DNA of 15,499 nt, taken from the IMG/VR virus record IMGVR_UViG_3300001518_000024, one strand, 5' to 3'. Below are positions 8,936-15,499 of the stretch, one piece after another. The number at the start of each line of letters is the position of its first letter. Position 1 is the first letter of the stretch. The position numbers and the translations under genes were made by a program. The notes beneath the pieces are model-generated. The model saw only the letters and a list, made by a program, of their open reading frames with translations, was not told where the DNA came from and searched no databases. This stretch comes from a virus.

Positions 8936-9431
8936 AAATTATTTATATATTATGATAGGTGTACCTGGCTCTGGGAAAAGTACGTATGCCCAATTTCTAC
9001 TTACTAATAAAGATAATACAGATTGGGTCTCAAGAGATAAAATAAGATTTGATTTACTTACAGAAAAAGATAGTTATTTTGCAAAAGAAAATCAAGTTTA
9101 TAAAAATTTTATTTCACAAATAAATACAGGGCTACGTATGGGCCATAATGTTATAGCAGATGCAACTCACCTTAATCCTAAAAGCCGTTATAAACTTTTT
9201 AATAAACTTCATATCGACCGTACTAAAACAATAGTAATAGGTATATATATGAACCTTCCTTTAGAAACGTGTCTTAAACATAATGAAAAAAGGAAGGGTA
9301 ATCGTACTTATGTATCTCCACATGAAATACATAATATGTATGTTAGACTAGAACCACCCACCTATAACGAGCCTTTTGATTATATATATGTCTTTAATGG
9401 AGAATCAATAAATCTCTTAGAAAGGAGATAA
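8928..9431 (+). CDS. Polynucleotide 5'-kinase (T4 Pnk kinase-domain-like, P-loop).
   Basis: It has a Walker A motif, IMIGVPGSGKSTYAQF, then RD, and the residue pattern IADATHLNPKSR ... KRKGNRTYVSPHEIHNMY, which parallels T4 Pnk (GCPGSGKST ... ISDTNLNPERR ... SKRG..VP..VLRSMY). The start overlaps the preceding stop. Confidence 0.7.
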   Translation: MNKNYLYIMIGVPGSGKSTYAQFLLTNKDNTDWVSRDKIRFDLLTEKDSYFAKENQVYKNFISQINTGLRMGHNVIADATHLNPKSRYKLFNKLHIDRTKTIVIGIYMNLPLETCLKHNEKRKGNRTYVSPHEIHNMYVRLEPPTYNEPFDYIYVFNGESINLLERR

Positions 9432-9432
9432 T

Positions 9433-9978
9433 ATGGCTATTTATTTTACTGCGGACCCTCATATCGGGCACGATAAGGATTTTATCTGGCGGCCGCGCGG
9501 TTTTTCTTCAGTTGAAGAACATGATACAGAAATCTTAAAAAGATGGAATAGTATTGTAACTCCAGAAGATACTGTTTATATTCTTGGCGACCTTTGTATG
9601 AGCGGAAACGAAAAAGAATGGAATCGTGTCTATAAAGTATTAAATGGAGAAAAAATTGTTATTTGGGGTAATCACGATACAAATAACAAACTTAATAAAT
9701 ATCAAATAGAATACGGTATGACATATCTTGGCTTTGCTTCAATTTATAAATATAATAAAAAGAAAATGTTTTATCTTTCTCATTACCCTACTCTTGTAGG
9801 TAATTTTGAGGAAGAGCGTTTCTTCTGGAATTTATCTGGACATACTCATAGTTCTAATAAATTTGAATTTGGACAGTATAGTATTTATAATGTAGCAATG
9901 GATGCTCATAATTGTTATCCTGTGTCTATAGAACAAATAATTAAAGATATTGATAAATATAAGGAGAAGAAAAAATGA
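9433..9978 (+). CDS. Calcineurin-like metallophosphoesterase, a likely 2',3'-cyclic / 3'-phosphate end-healing phosphatase.
   Basis: It carries the MPE signature motifs DPHIGH, GDLCMSG, GNHD and GHTH. It starts 1 nt after the kinase stop, with a TGA stop. The kinase-MPE-ligase combination mirrors bacterial Pnkp. Confidence 0.7.
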   Translation: MAIYFTADPHIGHDKDFIWRPRGFSSVEEHDTEILKRWNSIVTPEDTVYILGDLCMSGNEKEWNRVYKVLNGEKIVIWGNHDTNNKLNKYQIEYGMTYLGFASIYKYNKKKMFYLSHYPTLVGNFEEERFFWNLSGHTHSSNKFEFGQYSIYNVAMDAHNCYPVSIEQIIKDIDKYKEKKK

Positions 9979-10103
9979 TTGTAAATCCTGTACTTGTAGG
10001 AATTGTAGGAACTCTTTTTGTAGAAATGGCTATTGTCATTATCAGAGACTACGTTATAAAAAAGAAAGGAAATAAAGATGCAACTAAGAGTAAAACTTTC
10101 TAA
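9975..10103 (+). CDS. Possible small membrane peptide of 42 aa.
   Basis: The ATG at 9975 overlaps the TGA of the phosphoesterase as ATGA, and AAGGAG lies 8 nt upstream. The sequence MIVNPVLVGIVGTLFVEMAIVIIRDYVIKKKGNKDATKSKTF has one hydrophobic helix and a basic tail. It overlaps the next ORF by 26 nt. Confidence 0.3.
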   Translation: MIVNPVLVGIVGTLFVEMAIVIIRDYVIKKKGNKDATKSKTF

Positions 10104-10527
10104 TTCTGCTTTTGACCCTGTATCAGGCAAATCTATTGTTACAGTAAAAACCAAAAGAGGAACATATACTGGAGTTTCTAAAGTTCATCCTGATGATAAA
10201 GAAATTCAAAGTAAATATACCGGTTTGCGTATAGCTGAAATGAAAGCTGTACGAAAAGCCTACAAAGATGAATTAAAACGAGAGAGAATTATTCTTTATG
10301 TTCTTCCAAGTATTCAAAAAGATTTAATACATACTTTAGATAAATATTCTGCATATCAGGCTTTTGCATGGGCGCAAGCCCTTATTGAAAGAAGATTTTA
10401 TTTTATGACTGAATACCATAAAAAAAGAATTAATTATCTAGAAGGGTGGATTGAATCAATTAATCGTGCTCTTGAAGATAATAAAAAACATTTGCAACAA
10501 ATAAAAGAAAAAAGGTCAAAAAAGTAA
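10078..10527 (+). CDS. Hypothetical protein of 149 aa.
   Basis: ORF-track ORF with a TAA stop. I recognise no motifs. It has a basic, K/E-rich C-terminus. Confidence 0.5.
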   Translation: MQLRVKLSNSAFDPVSGKSIVTVKTKRGTYTGVSKVHPDDKEIQSKYTGLRIAEMKAVRKAYKDELKRERIILYVLPSIQKDLIHTLDKYSAYQAFAWAQALIERRFYFMTEYHKKRINYLEGWIESINRALEDNKKHLQQIKEKRSKK

Positions 10528-10581
10528 AAAGTTAAATACCTCTTTTTTATATATTTATATATAATAAGGAGGTATTTTATT

Positions 10582-10800
10582 ATGAATGAAAAACAAAAGA
10601 AATGGATTAAAGCGGCAGGTATCAGAGCCATTAAGACTTTCGCACAATCTTTTGTCTCTATGATAACAGTAGGTGCTGCCATTAGTGAAGTTAATTGGAC
10701 TTATGTCGGTTCAGTCGCTTGTGTAGCAGGATTCCTTTCTATTATGACTAGTTTAGCTGGACTTCCAGAAGTTAAAGATTCTGAAGAAGCGGTAGGTTAA
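10582..10800 (+). CDS. Holin, LL-H / phage_holin_1-like.
   Basis: It is 72 aa. MNEKQKKWIKAAGIRAIKTFAQSFVSMITVGAAI is followed by a second hydrophobic segment and an acidic C-terminus. This resembles LL-H family holins (the motif ...RAI(K/R)TFAQT...). It has SD AAGGAGG and lies immediately upstream of the endolysin. Confidence 0.6.
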   Translation: MNEKQKKWIKAAGIRAIKTFAQSFVSMITVGAAISEVNWTYVGSVACVAGFLSIMTSLAGLPEVKDSEEAVG

Positions 10801-10819
10801 TCCTACCGCTTCTTTTTTT
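10786..10819 (+). terminator. Strong intrinsic terminator / attenuator hairpin overlapping the 3' end of the holin gene, immediately before the endolysin.
   Basis: GAAGCGGTAGG, loop TTAAT, then CCTACCGCTTC form an 11-bp GC-rich stem, followed by TTTTTTTG. The holin stop codon lies in the loop. Confidence 0.6.
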
Positions 10820-10832
10820 GAAAGGAGAAAAT

Positions 10833-12302
10833 ATGGCATTAAAAGGAATTGATATTTCTTAGTGGCAAGGTAATGTTGATGCTAAGAAAATAAAAACATC
10901 AGGAATTAATTTTGTTATTTTAAGATAGGGATATAGAAAAACTATTGATAAATATTTTATTACTAATGTAAGAAAATTTAAATAGGCGGGGATCCCTATT
11001 CATGGAGTTTATCATTTCGCTTATGCTTTAAATAAAAATGATGCCGTAGAAGAAGCAAAAAGCTGTATTAAAAATGTAGAAGCCGCAGGATTAGGAAAAG
11101 ATATTATTATTTTTTATGATTTTGAATACGATACAATCAAAAGTGCAAAAAACAAAAAAGTTTATTTAACTAAAACTAATTGTATTGAATTTACAAATGC
11201 CTTTTGTGATTACGTCAAAAGCAAAGGTTATAAAGCAGGTTTTTATTTAAATCAAGATTATTATAAAAACTGGTATGATGCGGCAACTATTAAAAAATAT
11301 ATTATATGGTTGGCAGATTATAATCCTGAACCACATTTTCCTTGTATTTATCAACAGTATACAAGTAAAGGAAAAGTAAATGGTATTTCTGGAAACGTTG
11401 ATATGAATTATTTTTACGGTTAGGAAGCATAGAAACCTATTATAACTCCTGTCCCAACTAAAGGAGTTACCGCAAAAGATATTATAAAAACTATGTAGAA
11501 TTGGATAGGCAAAAGTAAAGCCAAACAAACTCATAGAGATATAATTGATTTATATAATAGTCATAAGCCTTTAGCAGTTAATTATAAAGTTAAATATACT
11601 GATGACTATTGTGATACAACATTATCTGCGGCCTTCATTAAAAATAACGCTGTCGATTTAATTGGTGGAACGGAATGTGGCGTTGAAAGACATATTCAAT
11701 TATTTAAAAAAGCAGGTATATGGTAGGAAAATGGTTCAGTTACTCCTCAACCAGGATGGATTATAACATACAATTGGGATGATGGAACTCAACCTAATGA
11801 TGGGTTTGCAGACCATATCGGTATTGTTGAAAAAGTATAGGGAAATACTATTACAACAATAGAAGGAAATACAGGAAATGGCGGAAATGTTGCACGAAAT
11901 ACTTTAAAAGTTGCTAATGGTAATATTCGTGGATACGCTATTCCTAAATATGCAAATGCGGAAACTACATCTAAAACAGAGTAGAATGTGGCTCCCGCAA
12001 AAAATATTAATAATGATAAAATTTTATTAGCAACATCTAAAACTAAATTTACTAGAACAGGTAAAGCATCTCCCGCTCGTGATACTTATTTTAAAGTGAA
12101 AGTTACTGCCAATGCTTTATATGTAAGAAGTTGGGCAGGCGTTGAACATAATCCTTTAAAGAGTATTCCTTTTATTTATAAAAATAAAATTGTTTAGGTT
12201 TGTGATAGTATACAAGCTAATAATGGTACCACATGGTATTATATTCGTATAGATAATAAAATTTATGGTTTTATTAATTATAGATATGTCCAAGCAATAT
12301 AA
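10833..12302 (+). CDS. Endolysin with a GH25 muramidase, a CHAP peptidase and a C-terminal SH3b domain. It contains 10 in-frame TAG codons read as sense and terminates at TAA-TAA.
   Basis: The ATG at 10833 follows GAAAGGAGAAAAT. The GH25 signature GIDIS-TAG-WQG...YHFAY...IIFYDFEY spans TAG codons. The CHAP-like segment is DHIGIVEKV-TAG-GNTITTIEGNTGNGGNV. The SH3b-like tail is TWYYIRIDNKIYGFINYRYV. In-frame TAGs are at 10860, 10926, 10983, 11421, 11430, 11496, 11724, 11838, 11982, 12195. There is no in-frame TAA or TGA until 12300-12305. Confidence 0.75.
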
Positions 12303-12309
12303 TAAAAAA

Positions 12310-12348
12310 GGTGTGTAGTATATTAATACTACACACCGTTATTTTTGT
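12310..12348 (+). terminator. Rho-independent terminator after the endolysin.
   Basis: GGTGTGTAGTAT, loop ATTA, then ATACTACACACC form a perfect 12-bp stem, followed by GTTATTTTTGTTT. An A-run upstream could allow bidirectional function. Confidence 0.7.
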
Positions 12349-12469
12349 TTATAGATATATATATTACGTTTCTACCCACTTTTGTCATTTATTTTCTTTT
12401 TTATATTATAGCGAAAAATTTTTAAAAAGTCAAGTGTAACATGGCATTAAGGTAAAGGTTTAATATAAA

Positions 12470-12498
12470 TTGCAATTTTACAAAAATTTTGCTATAAT
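12470..12498 (+). promoter_or_regulatory. Sigma70-type promoter with an extended -10: TTGCAA, a 17-nt spacer, then TGcTATAAT.
   Basis: TTGCAA lies at 12470-12475, TATAAT at 12493-12498, and TG at 12490-12491. It lies upstream of the small leader ORF and the topoisomerase genes. Confidence 0.55.
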
Positions 12499-12530
12499 AT
12501 TTATAGAAAAAATATAAAAGGAGAGAAAAA

Positions 12531-12635
12531 ATGATTTATATAATGTCTTATCCTACAGATGAATATGGAGATTCTCTTTTTGATGTGGGACGATTACAAC
12601 ACTTTTATTCTAGTTTTGAATCTATTTTAAAGTAG
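12531..12635 (+). CDS. Small leader ORF of 34 aa ending at TAG. If amber is suppressed it would extend to 12755.
   Basis: The ATG at 12531 follows AAAAGGAGAG. TAG lies at 12633, with two further in-frame TAGs at 12669 and 12696, then TAA at 12753, which is 12 nt past the topoisomerase ATG. Confidence 0.25.
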   Translation: MIYIMSYPTDEYGDSLFDVGRLQHFYSSFESILK

Positions 12636-12738
12636 TCATCATCTCTTATTATGTTACCTGATAAGATTTAGATTAAATGCTATGATGATAGTCTTTAGAA
12701 TAAAATAAAATATAAATCAATATATGAAGGAGAAATAA

Positions 12739-14649
12739 ATGGCAAAACTTTATAATGAAGATAGTATTGAAAGTCTTTCTCCATTAGAATTTACACGGTT
12801 ACGTCCTGGAGTTTATGCAGGTGATACAACTTATTCAACACAATTATTAGTAGAAATTATTTCTAATGCTGTTGATGAATTTAGACTCGGTAATGGAAAT
12901 AGAATAGATGTAACAATAAATAAAGATATTTTTACAGTTGAAGATTATGGACAAGGGTTTATTCCAAACAGCTTTAGAGAAGATGGAAAAACAATTCTCG
13001 AAGCTGCTTTTAGTGTTCTTAATACTTCTGGTAAATACAGAGAAGATGGAACTTATGAAGGAACTTCTCTCGGATCATTTGGAATTGGTTCTAAAATTAC
13101 TACCTTTTTAAGTCACTGGTTAAATGTAATTACCTTTAGAGATGGGAAATGGGAAGAAGTAGGTTTTAAAGAAGGTGTTACAAATTGGCATGATGGTGGT
13201 GACATAAATCTTAAAGATGATGTAAATAAAACAGGTACTATAGTAAAATGGCAACCTTCAGAAGAGTTTTTTACACATACAGAAGTTGAAAGTGGAAAAA
13301 TTCATTCTTTATTTAAAACTATCTCATGTTTATGCCCTGGTCTCACCATTCATTTAAATGAAAATGGTAAAGAATATGACTATACATCAACAAAAGGTTT
13401 AAATGATTTAGTTGATGCCGCTGTTGGTAATAAAGAACTTATCAATAATAGATTTGATATGAATTTTGTAGAAGGTAAGAATAAAATGGATATGGTTCTT
13501 ACTTATACTTCTAATTACTCTTCTACTATTGTTCCATATGTCAATACAGGTCTAACCGAAACAGGACAACATATTACTCAAGTAAAATCTATTATTACTC
13601 GTGAGTTTAATAAATTCTTTAAAGAAAAAAAATGGCTTAAATCCACAGATGAAAATTTAACCGGTGATGATATTCAAGAAGGTATGTATATTGTTTTTAA
13701 TATTACCGCTCCAAATATATCATATGATGCACAAGTTAAAACTCGTATTACCAAAATTGAAATGAAGCCTTTTAGCGTAGCCTTAACTGAAAATCTTCAA
13801 TATTGGTTAGCTAATAATGAAAAAGAAATTAAACTTATTGCAGACAAAGCTATTAATGCTAAAAAAGCAAGAGAAGCTGCTAAGAAGGCAAGAGAAAAAG
13901 CAAGAGAGCAAGGAAAGAAAAAAGAAAAGGCTTTAAAATTTGATAGTAAGTTGGCGGACTGCTATAGCGAAGATAGAGAAAAATGTGAAATTTATATTAC
14001 AGAGGGCGATTCAGCGTCGGGTAATCTTAAAACTGCTCGTAATAATGAATTTCAAGCGGTAATGCCTGTTCGAGGTAAAATTCTTAATACTCAAAAAGCC
14101 ACGTTAGATAAAATTCAGAAAAATGCTGAAATTATGACTATGATTGAAGCGTTTGGTTTAAAGATTGATTCAAAAACAATGCGGGTTACATATGACCGTG
14201 ATGAACTCCGCTATGGTAAAATTATTATTATGAGTGATGCTGACGTAGACGGTTCTCATATTAAAAATCTATTTTATACTTTTATTTGGAATTTCTGTCC
14301 ACAATTATTTTATGACGGTATTATTTATGCGGGAGTTCCGCCCCTTTATAAAATTACATTAGCAGGGAATAAAGGTTATAAATATCTTAAAGATGATGCT
14401 GCTCTTGAACAATTTAAAACTACTTATAGTGGTAAATATACTGTAAATAGGCTTAAAGGTTTAGGAGAAATGGATGTTGAGGAAACAGAAGAAACTCTTA
14501 CGAATCCTGATAATAGAATTATTAAGCAAATTACGATTGATGATAGCGAAGAAACAGAAAAATTATTTGACGATTTGATGGGGACTGCTATTATTCCAAG
14601 AAAGATTTTTATTAAAGAACACAGTAAGGAGGCCGCCTATAATGACTAA
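12739..14649 (+). CDS. Type II DNA topoisomerase large (GyrB / T4 gp39-like) subunit with ATPase and Toprim domains.
   Basis: It is 636 aa. The GHKL ATPase motifs are EIISNAVDE, EDYGQGFIP and GSFGIGSKI. The Toprim motifs are YITEGDSASG, PVRGKILNTQKA and IIMSDADVDGSHIKNL. SD GAAGGAG lies 7 nt upstream. Confidence 0.85.
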   Translation: MAKLYNEDSIESLSPLEFTRLRPGVYAGDTTYSTQLLVEIISNAVDEFRLGNGNRIDVTINKDIFTVEDYGQGFIPNSFREDGKTILEAAFSVLNTSGKYREDGTYEGTSLGSFGIGSKITTFLSHWLNVITFRDGKWEEVGFKEGVTNWHDGGDINLKDDVNKTGTIVKWQPSEEFFTHTEVESGKIHSLFKTISCLCPGLTIHLNENGKEYDYTSTKGLNDLVDAAVGNKELINNRFDMNFVEGKNKMDMVLTYTSNYSSTIVPYVNTGLTETGQHITQVKSIITREFNKFFKEKKWLKSTDENLTGDDIQEGMYIVFNITAPNISYDAQVKTRITKIEMKPFSVALTENLQYWLANNEKEIKLIADKAINAKKAREAAKKAREKAREQGKKKEKALKFDSKLADCYSEDREKCEIYITEGDSASGNLKTARNNEFQAVMPVRGKILNTQKATLDKIQKNAEIMTMIEAFGLKIDSKTMRVTYDRDELRYGKIIIMSDADVDGSHIKNLFYTFIWNFCPQLFYDGIIYAGVPPLYKITLAGNKGYKYLKDDAALEQFKTTYSGKYTVNRLKGLGEMDVEETEETLTNPDNRIIKQITIDDSEETEKLFDDLMGTAIIPRKIFIKEHSKEAAYND

Positions 14650-14869
14650 AACAGTAGAAAAAATGGTAAATGTTTTAACTGATACTTTATCCTATTGCTA
14701 TTGTGATAATTGTAAATATGGTGATTATGAAAAATATGGAGAAAGGCACTGTGATGATTGCCATAGAAAATATGTAAGTTGGGCTTTATCTCCAGAAACC
14801 GCTGAAGAAATTGTTAACAAGATTATAGATATTTACAGAGAAGAAAATTTCGTAAATAAATTAATTTAG
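14642..14869 (+). CDS. Small Cys-rich (zinc-finger-like) protein of 75 aa. It ends at TAG, and a possible readthrough extension runs to the TAA-TAA at 14948-14953.
   Basis: The sequence contains CYCDNCKYGDYEKYGERHCDDCHRKY. The ATG overlaps the 3' end of the topo gene. It is the only annotated ORF in the window that ends in TAG. Confidence 0.4.
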   Translation: MTKTVEKMVNVLTDTLSYCYCDNCKYGDYEKYGERHCDDCHRKYVSWALSPETAEEIVNKIIDIYREENFVNKLI

Positions 14870-14939
14870 ATTGGTAATATAAATGCTTTATCACCTGTTG
14901 AACTTAAAAAAGCAATAGAGGCAATGGAGAAATTAAAAA

Positions 14940-15140
14940 ATGGCAAATAATAAATTTGGAATTATATGTGACATGTGCGGAGCATATACAACAGCTAAAA
15001 AAATGTATTTTACATTAACATTGCCAACTTATCAATCTAATTTTGTTAATTGCACACAAAGATTAGATTTTTGCCCTACATGTTATAAGGATTTAAAAAT
15101 AACTTTAGCTAAACATTATAATATAGAATGGAAAGATTAA
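14940..15140 (+). CDS. Small zinc-ribbon protein of 66 aa.
   Basis: It has CDMC...CPTC (two CxxC pairs), a TAA stop, and lies 1 nt before the GyrA-like start. Confidence 0.4.
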   Translation: MANNKFGIICDMCGAYTTAKKMYFTLTLPTYQSNFVNCTQRLDFCPTCYKDLKITLAKHYNIEWKD

Positions 15141-15141
15141 T

Positions 15142-15499
15142 ATGCAAAATGATTTAACAAAAGAATTAAGTATAAACTTTATAGAATATGCGGTAGCTGT
15201 TAACACCGACAGAGCAATTCCGGATGCTAAATCTGGCCTTAAACCCGTTGCAAAACGTATTCTCTGGTCAGCATTTGAGGAAGGGCGGACTTCATCTAAA
15301 CCTCACGTAAAAGCTGCTAGGATTGTCGGTGACGTTATGGGTAAATATCATCCTCACGGTGACAGTTCAATCTACGGAGCAATGGTTAGATTATCTCAAC
15401 CTTGGGTTATGCGTTATCCTCTCATAGATTGGCATGGTAATAATGGCAATATTGCAGGAGATGGACCTGCGGCTGCACGTTATACCGAAGCCCGCCTCA
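15142..15499 (+). CDS. Type II DNA topoisomerase A subunit (GyrA/ParC / T4 gp52-like), N-terminal 119 aa. It continues past the right edge.
   Basis: Hand translation from ATG 15142 gives [42 protein letters not shown]...[22 protein letters not shown]...YTEARL. This is the canonical GyrA N-terminal signature (compare [29 protein letters not shown]...[13 protein letters not shown]...RYTE.RL). It is absent from the ORF track because it is open-ended. Confidence 0.8.
   Translation, partial: MQNDLTKELSINFIEYAVAVNTDRAIPDAKSGLKPVAKRILWSAFEEGRTSSKPHVKAARIVGDVMGKYHPHGDSSIYGAMVRLSQPWVMRYPLIDWHGNNGNIAGDGPAAARYTEARL

Noticed and set aside
3651-11534. These are the minus-strand ORFs 3651..3872, 4324..4950, 5179..5499, 6210..6410, 7704..8075, 7862..8158, 9915..10154, 10434..10682 and 11247..11534, together with the plus-strand ORF 8059..8298.
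   Set aside because: They lie antisense to, or out of frame within, well-supported long plus-strand genes (MVP, ligase, phosphoesterase, lysin). They have no SD, and their low-complexity composition is typical of AT-rich antisense frames.
10833-12302. The endolysin and the minus-strand structural genes might be pseudogenes or fragments of a decayed prophage, given the many stop codons.
   Set aside because: All 34 interrupting codons across the three genes are TAG. The reading frame is never shifted, and there is not one in-frame TAA or TGA in about 1,590 codons, although TAA is the most likely random stop in such AT-rich DNA. Conserved domain motifs span the TAGs. Recoding explains this, and decay does not.
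10833-12302. TAG decoded as pyrrolysine or selenocysteine-like recoding.
   Set aside because: A density of about 2% of codons over whole genes is far too high for Pyl or Sec style site-specific recoding. No PYLIS/SECIS-like conserved element follows the TAGs. The contexts are flanked by Gln codons.
12303-12738. The 435-bp intergenic region as a possible home for a suppressor tRNA or other ncRNA.
   Set aside because: No cloverleaf could be found by eye and no T-arm-like GTTCGAAT/GGTTC motif. The region is explained by a terminator, an AT-rich spacer, a sigma70-type promoter and a short leader ORF.
1-15499. CRISPR arrays, direct repeats, inverted terminal repeats, or transposase/integrase genes.
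   Set aside because: No repeated spacer-repeat periodicity was seen, and no integrase, transposase or recombinase motifs appear in any frame. Short poly-A/T and AAAGGAGAAAAT recurrences are ordinary SD contexts.

Overview
This AT-rich window (roughly 28-30% GC) comes from a large lytic phage or prophage of a low-GC Gram-positive host. The host assignment rests on strong AAGGAG Shine-Dalgarno sites and an SH3b/CHAP/GH25 endolysin. Three things stand out. (1) In-frame amber (TAG) codons are used as sense codons in the late genes only. The 489-codon GH25-CHAP-SH3 endolysin carries 10 in-frame TAGs and ends at TAA-TAA. A 976-codon minus-strand tail/host-recognition gene (367..3294) carries 22 in-frame TAGs, no TAA or TGA, and ends at TGA. 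About 2,900 codons of early and middle genes contain no in-frame TAG. (2) An 831-aa major vault protein (MVP) homolog is encoded in a two-gene, promoter-to-terminator operon whose GC content is clearly above the local background. (3) A three-gene RNA heal-and-seal cassette (RNA ligase, Pnk-type polynucleotide kinase, calcineurin-like phosphoesterase) lies next to an LL-H-type holin plus endolysin, followed by T4-like topoisomerase II genes (a GyrB-like large subunit, two tiny Cys-rich ORFs, and the start of a GyrA-like subunit). No tRNA, CRISPR array or transposase was recognisable, so the suppressor tRNA implied by the recoding must lie outside this window.
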